From the human T2T-CHM13v2.0 reference genome, Homo sapiens, in NCBI RefSeq assembly GCF_009914755.1, contig NC_060939.1: a DNA stretch of 64,000 bases. The stretch is one strand, 5' to 3'. The notes beneath the pieces are model-generated. The model ran no database searches. It was not told where the DNA came from and was given only the letters and a program-made list of their open reading frames with translations. Positions 1 through 18,090 of this stretch are shown here, one piece after another. Position 1 is the first letter of the stretch, and every line of letters begins with the position of its first letter. The translations under genes and the position numbers were made by a program.

Positions 1-768
1 GGCCAGGTGATAGGGAGCTGTAAGTGGCCCAGCCTGGGTCAGGGGGCTGCCCTGTAGCCAGGGACAAGGTTCTCATTGTGTCAGTCTCCACCTTAAGCTG
101 CATTTGCCCCAAAGAAGTATGTGTGATGAGGAGACAAGGAATGCCTGACATCTGTCTTTAAATTGTCAAACACATTCTTCTAAGTCTTTCCATTACGGGT
201 TATCCCAAGCTAGGAATAACTGGTGAGTAGTTTCTTGACCTTTTTTCCAGACCTTTTTTGGTGAATTATGTTAAGCTGTGACCCAGGCACAAATGGGGAG
301 GCCATACTTTGGTGGAGCCTGGGTCACATAAATATGGTGACCTTACTAGAAATTCTTTCCTACTTACTCATTGTTTAATAATGAACAGAACTCTGGCCTA
401 TCTTCTTTTGTCATTGTTTAACACCCACCTCACTACCTCCCACCTCTCCTGCTAAACAAAATTAGCCTTCAGCAGGTCAAAACAGATTTTTAGCTAACTT
501 CCGTTTCTTGAATAGCATATGATAAGAACTCAAGTTAGCCAGGTTTGTTCTCCTGCCTGTAGGTGGTTGATTGGGTTTGTGATACTGTGATACATTGCAT
601 ATCTGCTCCTCTGAGGTAGCCCAAATAATCTGGTGGGGGAAATATGCTGTTTTAATGTTATTTTGTGACCTTTGGCAAGAGATTTTATCCTCCAGCCTCA
701 ACTTCCATATCTGTAAACTAGGACTATTCTGCCAAATATTACGAAGGGTCATGAAAAATGAGAGATCA

Positions 769-1006
769 GGCTGGGCGTAGTGGCTCACGATTGTAATCCC
801 AGCACTTTGGGAGGCTGAGGCAGTAGGCTTGCTTGAGCCCAAGGGTTTGAGACCAGCCTGGGCAAAGCTGGGAGACCCTGTCTACCAAAAAAAGAAAAAG
901 TTACTTGGGCATGGTGGCGTGTGCTGAAGTGGGAGGATCGCTTGAGCCTAGGAGGTCGAGGCTGCAGTGAGCCATGATCATATTACTGCACTCCAGCCAA
1001 AAAAAA
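769..1006 (+). mobile_element. Alu (AluJ-like, internal deletions)
   Basis: GGCTGGGCGTAGTGGCTCA start, A-rich linker, short A tail. Confidence 0.85.
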
Positions 1007-1150
1007 GAGTGCTGTCAGGGAATCTGGGATTCATAAGCATTTCCCTTGACTGCTCTTCTTTCCTTTCTTTTATTATACCTCTCTTCTCTCTGTACCCCCT
1101 ATACCTTTTGCTCTGGCTTTTGTTACATCCTGTATTAAAATTTTAGATAA

Positions 1151-1457
<307 letters not shown>

Positions 1458-4400
1458 TAAAAATTTAGATAATTTATTGGAATGTTGTGTGCCAATGAAA
1501 AGCAAATCCTAAGCTCCTGCAACATCATCTCATGTTTAATTGTCAGGGTTTGTGGGCCCTCTGGGTCAGGGGATGAGCAGTGAATTGGCAGAGAGGGGTG
1601 TAGGGAGGGTAGAGAAGGAGAGCATTTCAAAACTAATGAGGCTTGGAAGGGAAGGAAGAAAAGAAACTTAAAATGCAGTTTCTGGGCTTGGTTGTAAAAA
1701 TCTTGAAAGTGAGGGAGATAAAAATAGTTGCTTGTTAGGACCTGGCAGGCATGCTCTGGAGGCTCCCTGTTTGAATTCAGTTGCTAATCAGGAGGTGGGA
1801 AACAACCTCTGGTTCCTGCTGTTAGCACCTTTCTTGCAGTTGGCCTTGTCAAGAAGGATAATGGGCTGGAGCTGAGAAAGAAGCATCGTGCTCACTCGCT
1901 AAACTGGAGTGGAGAACTATTCTCTCCTTACTGAATTTCAGGGATTTCAGCCTGCCCCAAGTCAAATCCTTGTTCCCAGAAATAAAGCTCATTACATCTG
2001 TAATGTGAATGATTCCTTCCCCGGCCACAGCTCAATAAGGGCTCTTGTGAAACTTTGGAGTACAACTTATTATGGGTTGCCTTTAGTCCTGTTGTCTGGG
2101 CCCTGATTTTTTAGATCCTGGAGAGAACGCTCCCTCAGGGGTCTGAGTTCTAACCCTTGGCCCTATCGTTAACTCCCTGTGCCACCCTAACAGGTGACGC
2201 CTTCCTATTCTAGGCCTCAGTGTTTCTCATCTGTGTGCAATGGTTTATAATGCTTACCTCACAGTGTTACTGTAAGGATTAAAGAAGATAGTATATTTGA
2301 ACTGGGGAGGCGGAGGTTGCAGTGAGCTGAGATCATGCCACTGCACGCTAGCCTGGGTGACAGAGTAAGACTTGTCTCAAAAAAAAAAAAAAAGTATATT
2401 TAAAAGGCCTGACATAGCAGGTGTTCCATAAATCAGAGCTGTTGTAGGATCTTCTTAGGTCTGCTAGGCTCGCCTGCACCTCTCATTCTCCCACCTAGTC
2501 TCTCAGCTGCATCCTGGCTTTTTTTTCCCAATGCTCTTGGGGAAGGAAATTTGGGTGGGGGAAAAGAGCTTACAGGTAATGGCTAATTGAAGAGTTGGGG
2601 ATTTTCTCAGAATTTTAATTATCTCTGCTACTTAATTAGCTCCTTGAGGCCATGGATAGCTGGAGGTGGCTCTGTAGAGGGTGCGATTTGACTCATCCAG
2701 GTCAGCTCCCTTTCTCTCTGTTTCTTCATCTTTAGTGGGGAGAGTTATTAAGGCTTTGCCAAGGATACTAAGAAGAGGTTGTTTGAAGCCTAAAGTCGCC
2801 ATTTTAAAAAATCTTCATTTGCCTTTTTTTAAAATCCTTTAACTGTTGCTTATCTACTTTTGGATTCAGCCTTTGTCACAGATGAGCAAGAATCCAGCTT
2901 CCCTGTGTCACTCTGCTTGCTTCTCAGCAGCCCCTTGCTCCTTCCTTCCACCTCTTCTCTTTCTTTTGGGCTCCCCACTTCACCCCTCCACTGCCTTTCT
3001 CTTCCCCCAAGCCCCACCGTCTTCCATCTTGCCTTAGGGAATTCAGCTGCTTTTAATATTAGCCTAAACCAAACAAAATGAAGGTATTAGGATATAGTGG
3101 AAACACATAGAAGGCCGAGATTCACCTTGGTTCATCTACCTGCCGGGGGCCTTGTCAGCTACTCAGGCTATCATCTGATGGGTGGCACCCATCCCACCTG
3201 GTTGGAAGAATTTAGAACGAGTCCACGGGGCCTTGACCACATCTTCATCTTTGCCCTTACACGTGCACATGTTCTTGTCATTTGTTGGATTCTGTCTCCC
3301 CTGATGGTGACAATCCCTGTGTCCTTTTTACTCTTAGCTCAGTGCAGATACTCTGTGTTTCTAGAATAAATAAATGACTCCCTAAATTGTTTTATCCAAA
3401 CACCTTATTTTAGAGGGGTAGAAAATACTTAATAGTTAAACTTCAAAATGTGTGCTCTTGAGGGAAAAATCAGGAGGCTTTGAATAGTGTTATTCCTGGG
3501 ACAGAAAATATCGGAGAAGAACATACTTTCTGAGTTTTTCATAAAACCTCCTTGTTCATTTTTGAGGAAGGAGGGGTTACCCATACTCATTGTCACAGAA
3601 GCTGAGCAGAATTGGGGTTATTAGATCTCAGCCTCCTGTGGGATTCCTAGGGAAGCTTATGAGCCTGGGAGCCTACTGGGTGGTTGATGCTTCCTCCAGA
3701 ATGTAGCCTGGCCAGCCAGCTGCTGGGGACCCTCTCAGCATCACCTTTCAGTTATCAAAGGATCAGAAAGAGAACGCAAGGCCCAGAGGTGGCCTCAGGA
3801 AGTAGAGAAGGACTGGGCCTGTGATTTGAATGTTTGAGGGCTCTGCTAGGAGAATGTGAGAGGAAGCCCAGTTAATCCTCCCAGGACTCCAGGAGCAGGG
3901 CATTATCCCAAGTTGGGAAGGGGATTCAGAAGAACTAGGCATCTAGGAGTAGAGGTGACAGGGTGATTTGAAAGGAAGACTTTTTAGATGCAAGGACCAG
4001 CACAAGAGAAGGCGAGACTCTTACACAGGGGCAGTTAGAGAGGCAGGCCAGCCCCAACCAGGAAGAAGTGGATGTGGAGACGTGTTGTGGTGTGAAGTTG
4101 GAGAGGAAAGGAAGAAACAGTGGAGGGCATGGAAAGGCAGGCAGAGGGGCTGGGGACTGTGCTCTAAGGCAGAGGGCAGCCATGGCAGGCTCTGTGCAGG
4201 GGCTGTCCCGCTGGAGGAGTGCTGGTTTCTGTGTAGGCGGGGGGAGGGAGAAGATGCTGGAGACAGGAACAGTGTGTGAAGGGCCTGGCTATTGTGGGAA
4301 GCAAGTGTGGGGTGCTGAGGAAGATCAAGAAATGAATTCTCTCTGGACTTGTCTGCCATCATGTACCTCTTTTCTGTCCCCAGAGAAGAGCTAGACTTGG

Positions 4401-5711
4401 GTGTGGCAGGAGCAGGGGCAAGAGGGATGTCCTAGCCTGGCGGCTCCAGCAGCATGCTCTGGGGTTCAGTGATCTCATGTGCCCAGGTTTCCAGGTGGCT
4501 TCTTGTGAGGCCCTCCGGGATCTGGCTCCCAGGACCAATGTGGTCTAGCAGTGAAAAGCCCCTCAGAATTTCCCTTCTCCTCCTCTCCAACCCCTTCCAT
4601 CTCTGCTGCCTCCTAGGCAGTGTTTTTCCCTGGAGCGGGTGGGAGAAGCTGGAGCTGACAGCCAGGGATGGTGGCAAGCTGTGTTATGTAAGTTTGAAAA
4701 AAGGAGGCTTGCTTGCCATGTGAATAGAGATCAGATACAAGGACAGCTAGAGGCAGCACAGCCATGCCTGAGCAGCAGCTGTAGTCTGAAGAGAGGTGTC
4801 TGAGCCAGCAGAGGAAGAAGCTGCTGGACTGGGTGGAGGAGACTGTTCTTGTGGGGAAGGAGAGGTGTCTGGTTCTGTGAACTGCCGATCTTGGAGGGCA
4901 GCCTGTGAAGCAATCATTGTCTATTCCTATAACATGGTGTGCTGCTTATATGCCATGCCTTATTACATCAATCCTGGTCTGTAACTTGTGATGGTATGAG
5001 AGCCGCCATTGTGACTGTTTCAATCATGGCAAACCATGGCCCAGAAAAGTCAAGTGACTTGCTCAGGGCTGCATGTAGAGTAAGTGGCAGGGTCAGGATT
5101 TGACACAGGGCTTCTGTCTCACTAGCCAGTGCTGCTCTTTTACTCTAAAACAGGCTTAACAGATCATGCCTAAACAGCCCATGGGGAGAGTGTGGGCCGG
5201 GTGAGGGAGCCTGGTGCCGTGTGGCCTGGCATGGATGAGAGGCAATGGCACTGGGTGGGAGGAGTGGAAGAGGGCTTGTGTTGGAGCCCCTTGGTGTGCC
5301 ACCCCAGCAGGCGCTGTCACACCCCTTACCCTTCTCAGTCTCGTTCCATTTTCAGCATCATTTTCCAAATCCTGAACACCTGACCTCCAGGGGCCAGGTA
5401 CCCAACACCGGTCCTCTGAGGGGCCATGGGCATGGTGGGATGAGGAGGTACACCTCCAACAAGCAACTGCTGGACTCATGCCTCGGCTGAAGTGTTTGTG
5501 GGCTCTGTCCTAACACTAGGCCCAGGGAAAGAACAGAGCTCGCCCCTCTCCTCCCGAAGTTCAGAATCTCCCCATGGTTCTCTGAGAGGCTGCATGGCTC
5601 GCTCCCTCTCTCTGTTCACATCGTTGCTCAAATGTCCTCTCCTCACAGGGCCGTTCCTTGCCACCCTGTCACAACAGTACCCCCTTACTCTCTCTGTCCT
5701 CACAGGGTTTT

Positions 5712-6250
<539 letters not shown>

Positions 6251-6569
6251 TGGGTTTTATATTTTTCTTTGTGCCACTTAAGACCACCTAATGTTACATA
6301 TTTGTTCATTGATTTGTCTGTCTCCTCACAATAAAATTTAAGCTTCATGACAGTGGGGGACTTGGTCAGTTTCTTGACTGCCCACACAGAGCCCACAGGT
6401 AAGGTAGCAGGTGTTCAGTGGACAGTAGGTGATGACCGTTAGAGCATGGCAGCAGGGTGGGTAGAAGAGGACAGGTGTAAGTGTCAGAGGGCCTGGGATC
6501 TGCTTTCAGCTTTACCCAGTTTTTGCTGTGTGACTTTGAACAAGTTGCTGGATCTCTTGGGCCTTAGCC

Positions 6570-6872
6570 TTCTTTTTTTTTTTTTGGAGACAGAGGAGTC
6601 TCACTCTGTCACCCAGGCTGGGGTGCAGTGGTGTGATCTTGGCTCACTGCAACCTCTGCTTCCCGGGTTCAAACGATTCTCCTGCCTCAGCCTTCTGAGT
6701 AGCTGGGGATTACAGGCGTGTGCCACCACACCTGGCTAATTTTTGTATCTTCACTACAGAGAAGGTTTCACCATGTTGGCCAGGCTGGTCTTGAACTCCT
6801 GACCTCTGGTGATCTGCCCACCTAGGCCTCCCAAAGTGCTGGGATTACAGGCGTGAGCCACCATATCCTGCT
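6570..6872 (-). mobile_element. Alu
   Basis: Reverse Alu consensus. Confidence 0.9.
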
Positions 6873-7359
6873 GGGCCTTAGACTTTTTGTTTTCATCATG
6901 AAGGGGAGGAACTAGGTGCCCTCTAAGGCTGCTTTTGGCACCTCTCTTCTGAAAGTCTATGTGTAGGAGACGAGGGTCGCAGAGGGGTTTGCAAAGATTT
7001 GTATCCTGTGTTCCTTTACTGAAGAGCCTGACTTGGGTCTGCACACTGTGGGGTAGGGGAGTGACATGATGAGGGCTGGGTCTTAGGAGGACTACACCAG
7101 TGATGCAGTGTGTGCATGCATGTATCCATGGTGCATTTAGAACCATTCATTCAACAAGGGCTTTTGGAGCACCTGCCCTCTGTCAGATACAGTTTGGGCT
7201 CAGGGCTTAGAGTGGTGAGGCAGACAGCCAACGTCCTGCCCTCCTGCAGCTGATTGGGGCAGAGAGAGGCTAGAGCTGGCCTGGAATGGTGATTACCCCC
7301 AGGCTGAAGATGAAGAGGGGCCAAGTGGAGTTGGGGCACTGGGATATTAGAGGGTCATG

Positions 7360-7861
<502 letters not shown>

Positions 7862-8976
7862 TTTTGTTTTTCAATTTGTCCTTGGAAAGATACTTAAATA
7901 GACCTGTTTGAATCTGTTTAAGAATAAATAGCCAGCCATGGTGACTCACGCCTATAGTCCCAGCTACTTGGGAGGCTGAAGCAGGTGTGTTGCTTGAGCC
8001 CAGGAGTTCAACTCAGCCTGGGCAATGTAGTGAGACTCTGTGTCTAAAAAAAAATAATAATAAATGCATTCATATAACAGTATCGAAGAGAAAAATAATG
8101 AAACGTTATTAGTGGCTCTGCTGGGTTGTATTATAGGAGGTTTGGGTTTTTTCTGTGATTTTCTAGATGTCCTATATGGTGTCTATATTATGACTATTAA
8201 TATAGACACCATATAGGTTTGGGATGTCATGGTTTAGCATGTTTCCTAGATATGGTCTGCCCTCAAAGTGAGTGTCATTGTTTGCTGATGTCTGCTCCAC
8301 AAAGCCCTGCTCCAGGGGCCTTCACCAAGTCCCAGCCTTGGTTTGCTCACCTATAAATGAGGATAATTGACCCTGGTCTATGCACATTACAGGACAGTTG
8401 TATGAATCAGAGGATACAGCGGAAGAAAAAATGTTTGGAAATTTAGGTCTCTGCAAACTAAGGGCCAATGTACTGGTATTTGTGACAGTGACCGGATGGG
8501 TGGGATGGGGTGATAATAAGAGTGCAAGGAAGGGGGATGGGGGCATCGTTTTGACTCTGAGGAGCAGCTTTAAGGCCTCTCACATTCCAGCTCCAGGTAG
8601 CAAGGGGTTCCCCTTGACTGGCAGGGTAGATGTACCTGTGTAGGCTGTTAGGTGAGTGACTCCAGTGGAATGGAATGGAATCATGACTCAGCTCCCACCC
8701 TGCCACACATATTTGTAAGAAAAAGACCCACATGCTCCATGCCTGGTGCAGAAGTCTAGAATGGGAATTCCCGCCAAACCCTGTCCCCTTCTAGCCTGTG
8801 TAGCCTCAGCAAGCAGATAGGTCTTATTACTTGTTTTTTTCTGCCTCCTTCATGATCCAGCCATAGATACTATATCTTACCAGTAGGGGTGGTTGAAGCA
8901 ACAGACTTTGAAATCCTGACTGTTCATGATAACGGACTCCTTCCTGTGGATCATCTGGCCAAGTCTGCATTCTTAG

Positions 8977-9357
<381 letters not shown>

Positions 9358-11136
9358 TGAACAGAAGTTTCCATTGCTTGAGCTTCTTGTACGGTCAGGG
9401 AGAGGAGCCCAGTGGGTGCCTTTCCTGTGGAGCCAGAGTCTTGTGCTGGGTAGGGGACAAGAAGTGAGGGAGGAGGCACAGTGCTCTGCCCTGAGGAGAT
9501 GAAGTTGAATGGGAAGATGGTCTTGGTCTTTCTTAGGCCTTGGAGCATAACTGGGATATTGGGGCCTTGACTCACTGAAAGGACTGTCCAGCTCCAGAGT
9601 GTGGCTTTCTTTCTGAAGGATTGTGAGCTCCAGCTCCCCTCTGGGCATCTCTACATGATAGTCTTCAGATCCACAAACCCAGGATGCTCAGATATGATCC
9701 ACCCCAAACTACCTCACCTTCTCCTTTTCTCTTAGCAGTAAATAGACAGCATCATCTCCCTGGTTTCCCAAGGTAGAAACCTGAGCATTGGCTCTTAACC
9801 TGCCTTCTCAGCAGCCCGTCCTTTCAGTATCTTGTAGCTCCCAACTCCTGAGAGTCTGTTCAGAATTGTCCAGCCTCTTTTCTCCCTCCTCACTATGTCT
9901 GTCAGACATGTACCCCTCCTTCTAACTGCAGCATACCTGGACCCCTCGCCAGAGTCTCTGCTCCACTTCAGCCAACACCCTGTGTTGAGGGTATTTCCTC
10001 CTGCTCCTGGCTCTGCTGGCTCACACTGTCACCAGAGCATTGTGTGGGGCCATCCTCACACTATGGCAGCACCAGCGTGTTTTCTTCCCTCCTCCATACC
10101 ACCGGTTCCTTGGGGACAGGGACAAGGTGTCTCTCTTGTCCCTAGTGCCTGGCATGGGGCCTGGCATGTGGTAGGTGTTCAGGGAATGCTTGGCAAGTGG
10201 GTAGATGTTTAGTTGGCTGAGTGGGAGGGTACATGGATAAAACATTTCTGAGAATGATTTGGAAAGGTGGAAACGTGAGTCTGGGCCAGTGCTGAAGTGC
10301 GGCAAAGTGGAGGAGCGTTGGAGTGAGTAGGCAGTCTTTACAGAAGTGGCGGGGAGTGCAGGCCCGCGTGGAGAGGGGGACAGGCGCAGAGGCTCAGATC
10401 TTAACTTGTACAAAGCATTTTATGTGTTCTCTGTCAAAGCACATGTCATGTCCCTGGAAGGTCTCATTTGATCCATGTGGTTGTCCCAGGAAATAAAGAT
10501 TATTGTTCCCATTTTAGAGGTGAGGAAGTCTAGATTCAGGGAGGTTAAGCAACCTGCCTACTTAACCTTGCTGAGCCAGGATTGAAAGCTAGCTGCCCCC
10601 TTGCCAGGCAGACGCCCTTTGCACAGCACACCCTCATTTGCCTCTTGGGGAGGATTTGGCACCTGTGCCCAGATCCCAGTGTGAACACATCCTCATTCCT
10701 TCTTGCTGGCACCTACCCCCCACTGTGACTCCAGCCACTGTCAACATCACTCACCTGGCACTGACCCACATCCCCACCCCTCCCCTCCAGTGACCCACAG
10801 TGGAACTCTCTTTCTCTGTCATCTCCTCATTGCTTCTTCCCTAAATGTCTAATAACTGAGCAGCTGGCATCCTGGGCCATTTGACTGCCAACTCTCAAGT
10901 TCAAAATCCATTAACAGGCCCTGGGAGTTACTAATCAAGGGTTTAATGGTTGGGGTTTTTGTGGTTATATGGTCAGTTACGAAATAGTCCAGTGTTGGAG
11001 TTAGTGAAAAATGCTACTGGAGAAGTTAATGTCTACGTGAATATACTATGGGCAGAATAAAGATTTTTTCGGTAGGGTTCTTGAAATACATGTGCTATTT
11101 CAAATAATGCTCATTAAAAATAATGCTTTTGTATAG

Positions 11137-12265
<1,129 letters not shown>

Positions 12266-12464
12266 TGAGGGGTTAAAGCCACAGAAGCCAGCTAGGATTT
12301 GGTAAACACAGTGTTGGGGGTAGGCAGGAGGCCAAATTCAAGAGGTTAGTGGAGCTCTTGAAACAGGATATGAACTATTGAGAAGGGACAGAAGAGAAAA
12401 TGCATTAGCAGACCCAGGGGTCCAAGTTAGGTTAGGTGATTATCACTGTCTGTCTCTCCTGCAG

Positions 12465-12666
12465 CCAGAAAGACTCCAGGGGACTCATTACTCTGTGCAG
12501 TCAGACATCTGGAGCATGGGACTGTCTCTGGTAGAGATGGCGGTTGGGAGGTATCCCATCCCTCCTCCAGATGCCAAGGAGCTGGAGCTGATGTTTGGGT
12601 GCCAGGTGGAAGGAGATGCGGCTGAGACCCCACCCAGGCCAAGGACCCCCGGGAGGCCCCTTAGCT
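12465..12666 (+). CDS. MAP2K1: MEK1 exon 7 (includes proline-rich insert)
   Basis: ctgcag|CCA...AGCT|gtgagt; 202 nt; [41 protein letters not shown]...TPGRPLS. Confidence 0.99.
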
Positions 12667-12915
12667 GTGAGTAGCCTGGTGTGTCCCCATCTTGGACTGT
12701 TGGAGGGGAGGGTCCCTTACTTTCAGGGGTTTCTGGAGGGCTGATTCTCTGTACATTCTGCCAAGACTGATTCTCTGTCCCTGGATGCCAGGCTAGGGCC
12801 AGGGGAAGCAGCAAGGGTCTCCAGGTGGGTGTTGTTACTACCAACAACTTCCTACCATTTGTTGAGTACGTACTATGTTCTAGGTACTGCACTTAGGACT
12901 TTATACATTATCTAA

Positions 12916-13668
<753 letters not shown>

Positions 13669-14671
13669 TTCTAATTTTTTAATCATGACTTTTGGTAGAT
13701 TTATTTTTTATTGAGATATAGAATTCACATAAGACAAAATTCACATTTTAAAGCATGTAGTTCAGTGGTTTTTAGTGTATTGTTCCATGTTGTGCAGCCA
13801 TCACCACTGTCTTATTCTGGAACATTTTCATTACCCCAGCAAGAAACCCCATCCCCCACTCCCCCCTGCCTGATCCACTGACAACCACTAATCTACTTTC
13901 TGTGTCCACGGATTTGCCTAGCATTATATAATTTTAATAGCATTTCATTTGTGATCACGACTATAATCTGAATTTTAAAGATGAGGAAACTGAGGCACAG
14001 TGCACTTGTCAAGGCCACATAGGCTTGCAAGTAGCCAAGTCTGACTCCCAAGATGATAAACACTGTGCAGTACCACCTGCCTCTCTGAATGTGAATACTG
14101 GGAAGTAAACCTGGTACTCAGGGAATAGCCTGACCTAGCCAACTGTTTTTTATGTAGCTCCTGTCTGGCCAGGGATACCTGCCCTGTACCTCCATGAGGT
14201 CCACATGAGAGAGAGCTTGTATAAAGGGGAAAGCAGAGGGGGCTAGAGGTAGCTGATGGCAGGTCATTGGAGGGGCTGGTGGCTGTGGCCTCTGAGGCTC
14301 GCCGGTGACTCTAGGAGACAAAAGGAAGAAACGCAACTTCATGGAGAATTAAAACTAAGTCCTTTAGTTATTTAGTTGCTATCTCATTTGTGCCTCTCTC
14401 AATAGAAGGAAGGGGGAAAGGACAGACATAATTATTATGTCTCTGCTTTACAAAACTCAGAACTTTGTTTGGCTCAGCAGTGAACTGATTTGCCAAAGGT
14501 TACGAACTTAAGATGTGGCAGAGCCCAGACTTGTACCCTGGCCTTTGCTGGTCCCCTCTGTGTTCAAGCCTTATCTGTGGCTGTTTAATGTTTATTGTCC
14601 ATGACCCTGTTCTGGTCCCAGGGATCCATGCCCAACCCCTTGCCTCATATTAACAAGTAATCTGTTTCTGA

Positions 14672-15093
<422 letters not shown>

Positions 15094-16560
15094 ACATCGC
15101 TGTCACAGGTTCAGTCTACTAGGGAGTTTAATTTAACCTCTCTTTACTGTATGCACAGCTTTATACTAAGCACCATGGGCTGTAGAAAAGCAGTTTCAGG
15201 ATTAGTTCGTCGCTGCTTAAGGATTTGAGGGAGGCAGAGCATGTTGCATTTGTAGGAGTCAGAAAAAAAGCCATCCATCCTCTACTGCTGGGGACCTAGG
15301 CTAGGTGGTTCTGGGTGGTAGTCATATTAAGGGAAGGGATATCTGAGGTTAGATACGCCATTGCGTCTCCTAGTGTGCACTGCTTTCTTCCAAATTTTCA
15401 CATTAATTTCCCATGCAATTCTCCCAAGCATTGCTGAGGTAGGCCAAATTGGTTCCTCTTCAAACAGGTGAGGAAATTGAGCCTCCGAGATGAAAAGTAG
15501 CCCAGGTCCTTCCCACCCAGTGCTCTTTCTTCCTTGCCACCTCCCACCTCCCATTCTTACCTCCTAGGAGGCTTGGCTGCATGGCAGTTGTTCTACTGCA
15601 GCCTCTGCTGGCACACAGCCCCTCTGCTGCCTAGCTCTTTCCTGTTCAGAAGGAATGGATGCTGCCTCTGGAGGCCAAGCTGCTGGTCTCCTCTCTTCCT
15701 TGAATGGTCCCTTGATTCCCTCAGCAGTGGGGACAGTCTGCAGAATGGGGCTTGCTCTGGGTCACTGTTCTAAGAGCTGAGTTCTAGTCCTCACCTAAGA
15801 TCAGACTGACATGGCCCTCAAAGGAAGAGCACTAGGTTGGGCTTTGTGGTGGGGATCAGTGTCTCATTTTTAGTCCCAAATTAAAAACGAGATTTTGGGC
15901 TGTACATCAGAGCAGTGACATCATGGACATTATGTCTGTGGGTCAGCATGGGTACACACAGCTCCCAGCCCAGGTACATAAGTGGGCCCACATTTCCTGG
16001 ACTGCATGGAACGCCATGAGCCCAGTGCTCCAGAGCCTTGTACTGTATAGTGCTGCATGATCACCATGGGAAAATCTGAAAACAGCCTCATTTCTGGAAT
16101 GTACAGGTAACATTCTTCCAGATCCAGCCCTCTGTCAGTTAATGTTTTATTAACTTTTCACTGCTTCTCTAGGGCTCAGAAAAGGGATTTTTAAAAACCG
16201 GTTTGCTTCTGCAGGTGCTGTCAGACCTGGGCTATGCCTGGTGGTTTGCACGTGCCCCTAGCTGTTGCTGCCAGTAAATTGCTGGTTACGTTCCCATGCC
16301 GCACTCCAAGATTTACCATTGTAGAGTGTCAGAGCTTGAAAGGGTCCCTGAGATCATTAGGCCCAACCTCTTCATGTCATAGAAGAGTAAACTGAGGCTC
16401 ATAGAGGAATAGTGATTAGTTCAAAATCACCCGACAAGTGAGTGGACTTGACTTGGTCCCAATTCTAAATGTGCTATTTGAGATCAGTGGTTCCAACATG
16501 GTTACCCAACAGGCAGCACTGGCCTTCTACCTGTGCCTTTCCTTGACTGGATGAGAGTAG

Positions 16561-16752
<192 letters not shown>

Positions 16753-17192
16753 TAAGTTGGCTCCTTGTTCTCTGGAAGCGTATACTCTGGATTTGTCAGG
16801 CTCCCCACCCCATTTCTGGAAGCACCAGCATTGCTTCTGCAGGCAGAGTTTTGCCCTTTACCCTCCCGTCTGATGATTCTTGGCTGCTGCCATAAGCCCT
16901 TTTTTAGAGTGCCAAGACTTATGTGGCATGTCTAACTACATCATGGATGTAGTAGCTGCTCCTTTTGGTACTTGCTCTCCAGGGATTGGCACGTTGCTTT
17001 TTGACCTTAGTTTAACTCAGCAAGAATGTATTAACTTACTGTGGGCATGATACTGTGCTTAGAACAGGAGGATGAATCAAGCCCAGGCAATCCTCGGCCT
17101 CTAGTGTGCAGAGAAGACAGGCATGCAAACATGTTATTTGAGCTAGAACCAGTGCCAGGCAACAGCTCTTACCTTGTCTTTCTTCCTTTAAG

Positions 17193-17238
17193 CTTAATAA
17201 AAAACCCCGCAGAGAGAGCAGATTTGAAGCAACTCATG
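17193..17238 (+). CDS. MAP2K1: MEK1 exon 10
   Basis: tttaag|C...ATG|gtgagt; 46 nt; LIKNPAERADLKQLM. Confidence 0.98.
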
Positions 17239-17946
17239 GTGAGTCTATTTATTCCGGATTCTTACAGTACCTGTTTATTCATTTGTTCTTCTCTGTCAGT
17301 CATCTGTGCAGTACTTCCAGAGCCCATTCATTCCCTGCCCACTGTGGTCCAGCTGAGCCTGGGGCTGCAGAATACCAAACACCAGTCTCCTTTGCTCTCC
17401 CATCAGTTTAAGGGAAAGCTGGGGTGACCCCCGCAGCCTGAGTAAGCATATGCCAGAGGAAATGCCTGAGGGGGCCATGGGAAAGAAAAGGCCAGCCCAC
17501 CCCCTTCATGGGGATGCGGCCTTTCCCTAATACTGACTGCCTCATCTTACATTCAGCCTCCTTCCAGAGTCACTCTCCGCCTGCTGTCTCGTTTGGTGGC
17601 AGTGGAAATAGCTAAGTAATACTGTAAATATCTGGACAGCCATAGACGGTGTATATAGTATATAATATGCACTAAGTCCATCATTTTCTTTGTCCCTTCT
17701 AACAAGCCTGTGAGGCATTTAAGGCAGAGTTACTGTCTCCATACTGCACGAGTAGGCTCCAAGAGGTGACTTGCCCAAGGCCTCACAGCTGCTGTGACTG
17801 GTGGAGCAGGTCTTTGGGCCTGCAGCTGGCCCCACTGTTGCTCAGGGGCAGGTGCCAGGTGCTCTTTCCAAGTGCAGCACAAGCTCTAGACCTGAAACTC
17901 TTGGATTTTCCTTCCTGGTGGGTTTTGTTTTTTTGTTTCTTTTTAA

Positions 17947-18090
<144 letters not shown>

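Noticed and set aside
8666-8681. (GGAAT)3 as satellite II/III
   Set aside because: Only three units; treated as a motif cluster instead
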